From assembly GCA_017521985.1 (NCBI GenBank), contig JAFXAZ010000035.1, positions 625 to 64,624 on the forward strand: a stretch of 64,000 nucleotides of DNA, in the 5' to 3' direction. The DNA is from Lachnospiraceae bacterium. GTDB lineage: Bacteria; Bacillota; Clostridia; Lachnospirales; Lachnospiraceae. The notes beneath the pieces are model-generated. The model made no database searches. It worked only from the letters and a program-made list of their open reading frames with translations, and had not been told where the DNA came from. A program made the translations under genes and the position numbers. Shown here piece after piece: positions 63,280 to 64,000 of this stretch (its first letter is position 1; each line of letters starts with the position of its first letter).

Positions 63280-64000
63280 TTATTTTACGCTTACTTCCTC
63301 ATTTAAAGACAAGGAATACAACACCACTTCTTTAACCTTTTTACCCAAGGCCTGTTCCAGGGCCTTGGCGTAGTAATCCATCTGCACTTTGTAACGTGTT
63401 ATCAACTCAGCCCCGTTTTCCACCCGGTCGGTTTTGTAATCTACCAAAACAAATTCGCCGTCTTCTTCAAAGTAGGCATCTATAATACCTTGTACCAACA
63501 TCATCTCTTCTTGCGGAAATTCCTTTTTCACCAAATTTGCGGGCACTCCAAGAAAGAAGGACTGCTCTTTATATAATGCTCCCTTCTCTGCGGCTTTTTC
63601 CATGCGCTTAGCAATCCGAGATTGCACGAAATCCTGCATTTTATTTATATAAATACAGTCTCTTTGTCTTTCTGCCAGTTTTCCTGCATAAACCATTGCA
63701 TCTAAGGTGTTTTCCCACTCAATTTTACTCTGTGGTAAATTGGTAAAATCCAAAAGTTCCATCACTTTATGATATGCAGTACCTCTCTCAGCGCCCTTCG
63801 GTTCGGTCTGTTCCTGCATAAATGCCGGTATATATGGTATCAAATCCTGGTCATTTGCCTTTTCAAAGGTTTCATAAACTGCTTCATTTTCTTCTTTGAT
63901 AGCAGCCTTCTTTATTTCGGACACGCTGGTCTTTGTGTATAATCCCTTTAAATTGGCATAAGGATACTGATATTCAAAATGTTCTTTGTACGTTTGGTAC
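63280..64000 (-). CDS. addA: ATP-dependent helicase/nuclease AddA, C-terminal nuclease domain (partial; continues beyond the window)
   Basis: RecB-type nuclease motif GIIDAYFEEDGEFVLVDYKTDRV...QMDYYAKAL. The frame stays open to 63999. Confidence 0.75.
   Translation of the reverse strand, partial: YQTYKEHFEYQYPYANLKGLYTKTSVSEIKKAAIKEENEAVYETFEKANDQDLIPYIPAFMQEQTEPKGAERGTAYHKVMELLDFTNLPQSKIEWENTLDAMVYAGKLAERQRDCIYINKMQDFVQSRIAKRMEKAAEKGALYKEQSFFLGVPANLVKKEFPQEEMMLVQGIIDAYFEEDGEFVLVDYKTDRVENGAELITRYKVQMDYYAKALEQALGKKVKEVVLYSLSLNEEVSVK

Overview
64-kb chromosomal window from a low-GC, spore-forming Firmicute. Gene content suggests Clostridia, possibly Lachnospiraceae-like; this is inference only. 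Most genes are on the minus strand. All family assignments come from motif recognition by eye; no searches were run.

Left to right:
(i) 1-2154: right end of an integrated element (TnpW-like ORF plus a 569-aa large serine recombinase). It has inserted into and truncated an SGNH/GDSL hydrolase gene.
(ii) 2.3-9.2 kb: an unusual sipW-centred operon. It encodes five TasA/camelysin-fold secreted proteins, one fused to CBM + GH10 xylanase, plus esterases.
(iii) A GH130 phosphorylase and a divergent AraC regulator.
(iv) ispF, holA, a nuclease-like ORF with a 54-nt hairpin repeat array, comEC, a GerMN lipoprotein, a two-component system and comEA.
(v) Arginine genes argC-(HD)-(GNAT)-argJ-argB-argD-(SBP), divergent from argG, with ARG-box operators between them.
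(vi) Sporulation and envelope genes: spoVAE, an ATP-grasp + FolC/Mur-type ligase pair, LysM-GH18 and spoVAD, plus a 198-nt palindrome.
(vii) 3-amino-sugar genes (fdtB-like, fdtA-like, GT2 ... GtrA), interrupted by an ECF sigma/anti-sigma pair and a type III toxin-antitoxin locus (ToxN/AbiQ toxin plus a 35-nt repeat RNA).
(viii) ECF-S component + coaW, two tandem LeuD/LeuC-type dehydratase pairs, an alanine symporter, tRNA-Trp, nhaC, rrf2 and aroK.
(ix) A four-gene Wadjet (jetABCD) operon, then a recombination-scarred patch of Rpn/PD-(D/E)XK transposase-like genes and a gutted LacI-family gene.
(x) The 3' end of addA.

No rRNA gene and no CRISPR array were seen.
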